DNA from: Hydrolagus colliei
Taxonomy: Eukaryota
DNA: 64,000 nucleotides
Reading direction: 5' to 3'
NCBI GenBank assembly: GCA_035084275.1
Contig: CM068752.1
Location: 14,012,001-14,076,000 of the forward strand
Shown here piece by piece: positions 63,011 through 64,000 of this stretch. The position numbers and the translations under genes were made by a program. Numbering within the stretch: the stretch's first letter is position 1; each line of letters begins with the position of its first letter. The notes under the pieces are model-generated. The model did not search any database. It worked only from the letters and a program-made list of their open reading frames with translations, and was not told the DNA's origin.

Positions 63011-64000
63011 GATGTGAACATGCAATTGCTGACGAGTGCACCTTATTAAAAGCCAAAAATATCAACCAAAAAATGATCTGTTGAAAGTTACACTGCCATT
63101 GTTAAACTAAGCCTTAATCAATTCATATCCACGGCGTTTATGTTAGGGTCAATGCATTCTACAAGTGAGTCCTGTAACAGTATTCTTGCAAAATTCACCT
63201 TTAGTTCGCCCTTCTCAACCACACAACTTTTAAAAACTAGGTATCAAAAATAAAGTTTAATTTATATAGTGCCTTATCGTCCTGAGTAATAGAGTTGGAA
63301 AACAGGTAAGCAGAGTCTCAGAGGCTACAGATGGCATGCCTGACAATGGAATACAGTACTGTATTTGAATTGAATCAATTATTTGTAGCAGTTGCACAAA
63401 TTCCTGAGCCAGACAGTCATGTAAAGCTCTCAAGATGCTACTGATCACAGACCAGGCAACTTGGCTCACTGGCAGGACTTTATGGGACAGATCAGTCACA
63501 AGAAACAGAAATTCCTCCCACTAATCTACCGTTAATTTTACAAATCAAATTAGGGTGGTTTGAGCTGGACAAGCATGGACCAACATGGTCCCTTTATCAC
63601 AAAGAAATGTCTTAAATGCTTACACCTAATCACAGTAACTCACAAAGCGGTCATCTTTTTGTGGGCAAACTATACTCTTGGGCAATTTAAAGAATTTATA
63701 TCATTTAAAATTGTAGTGACATGCTCATGTAGTGTCCAGGACTACAGTTGGTGGTTGACACATTAGTGAATGGAAAGAATAATATGCACAGATTATATGG
63801 AGAGTAGAAAATGCAGTTTAAATCTAATGCCTCTAAATATTTGAAATTAGCACTAGAGTATCATGAGACATCGCACTCAAACAAAATCCTTTCAAAGAAA
63901 AAAAGAAACTTTGTTCAGATAGATTGAATGAGTTGAGAGACCATTGATTTGGTTTTAAGATAAATATAGTACAGTAAAACAACAAACAAACAACAAACAA

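Larger units (their letters stand above)
24177..64000 (-). other. CLINT1: Probable CLINT1 intron 1 (partial, >39 kb); exon 1 lies beyond the window
   Basis: No MLNMWKVRELVDKA-like first exon or CpG-island promoter seen; region is repeats and AT-rich non-coding DNA. Confidence 0.75.

Noticed and set aside
1-64000. A novel multi-gene or defence-type system, or a second host gene, among the remaining short ORFs
   Set aside because: All recognisable coding sequence is CLINT1 or transposon-derived; the other ORFs are short, often lack an ATG start and show no recognisable domain

Overview
Vertebrate genomic DNA, not prokaryotic. The repeat content (Deu-domain tRNA-derived SINEs ending in (ATT)n, CR1 and L2 LINEs, LF-SINE-like relics, a Penelope-like element) suggests a cartilaginous fish, possibly a holocephalan; this is an inference. 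The whole window lies inside one minus-strand gene, CLINT1 (clathrin interactor 1/epsinR). Eight coding exons, equivalent to exons 2-9, map between 24176 and 1455 with GT-AG boundaries and consistent phases. Exon 1 and exon 10 onward were not found, so 24177-64000 is probably part of a >39 kb first intron. The introns carry many SINEs, CR1/L2 fragments, Tigger/pogo and Tc2-like MITEs, two hAT MITEs with perfect 8-bp TSDs, and one 181-N assembly gap. I found no evidence of a novel multi-gene system. The best leads are an in-frame internal splice donor that would delete the clathrin-box-like motif of exon 8, a palindromic Tigger-derived MITE, a GATATC-rich hAT MITE family, inverted SINE pairs around exons 6-7, and candidate conserved non-coding elements. 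Repeat family names and human comparisons come from memory, not from database searches.
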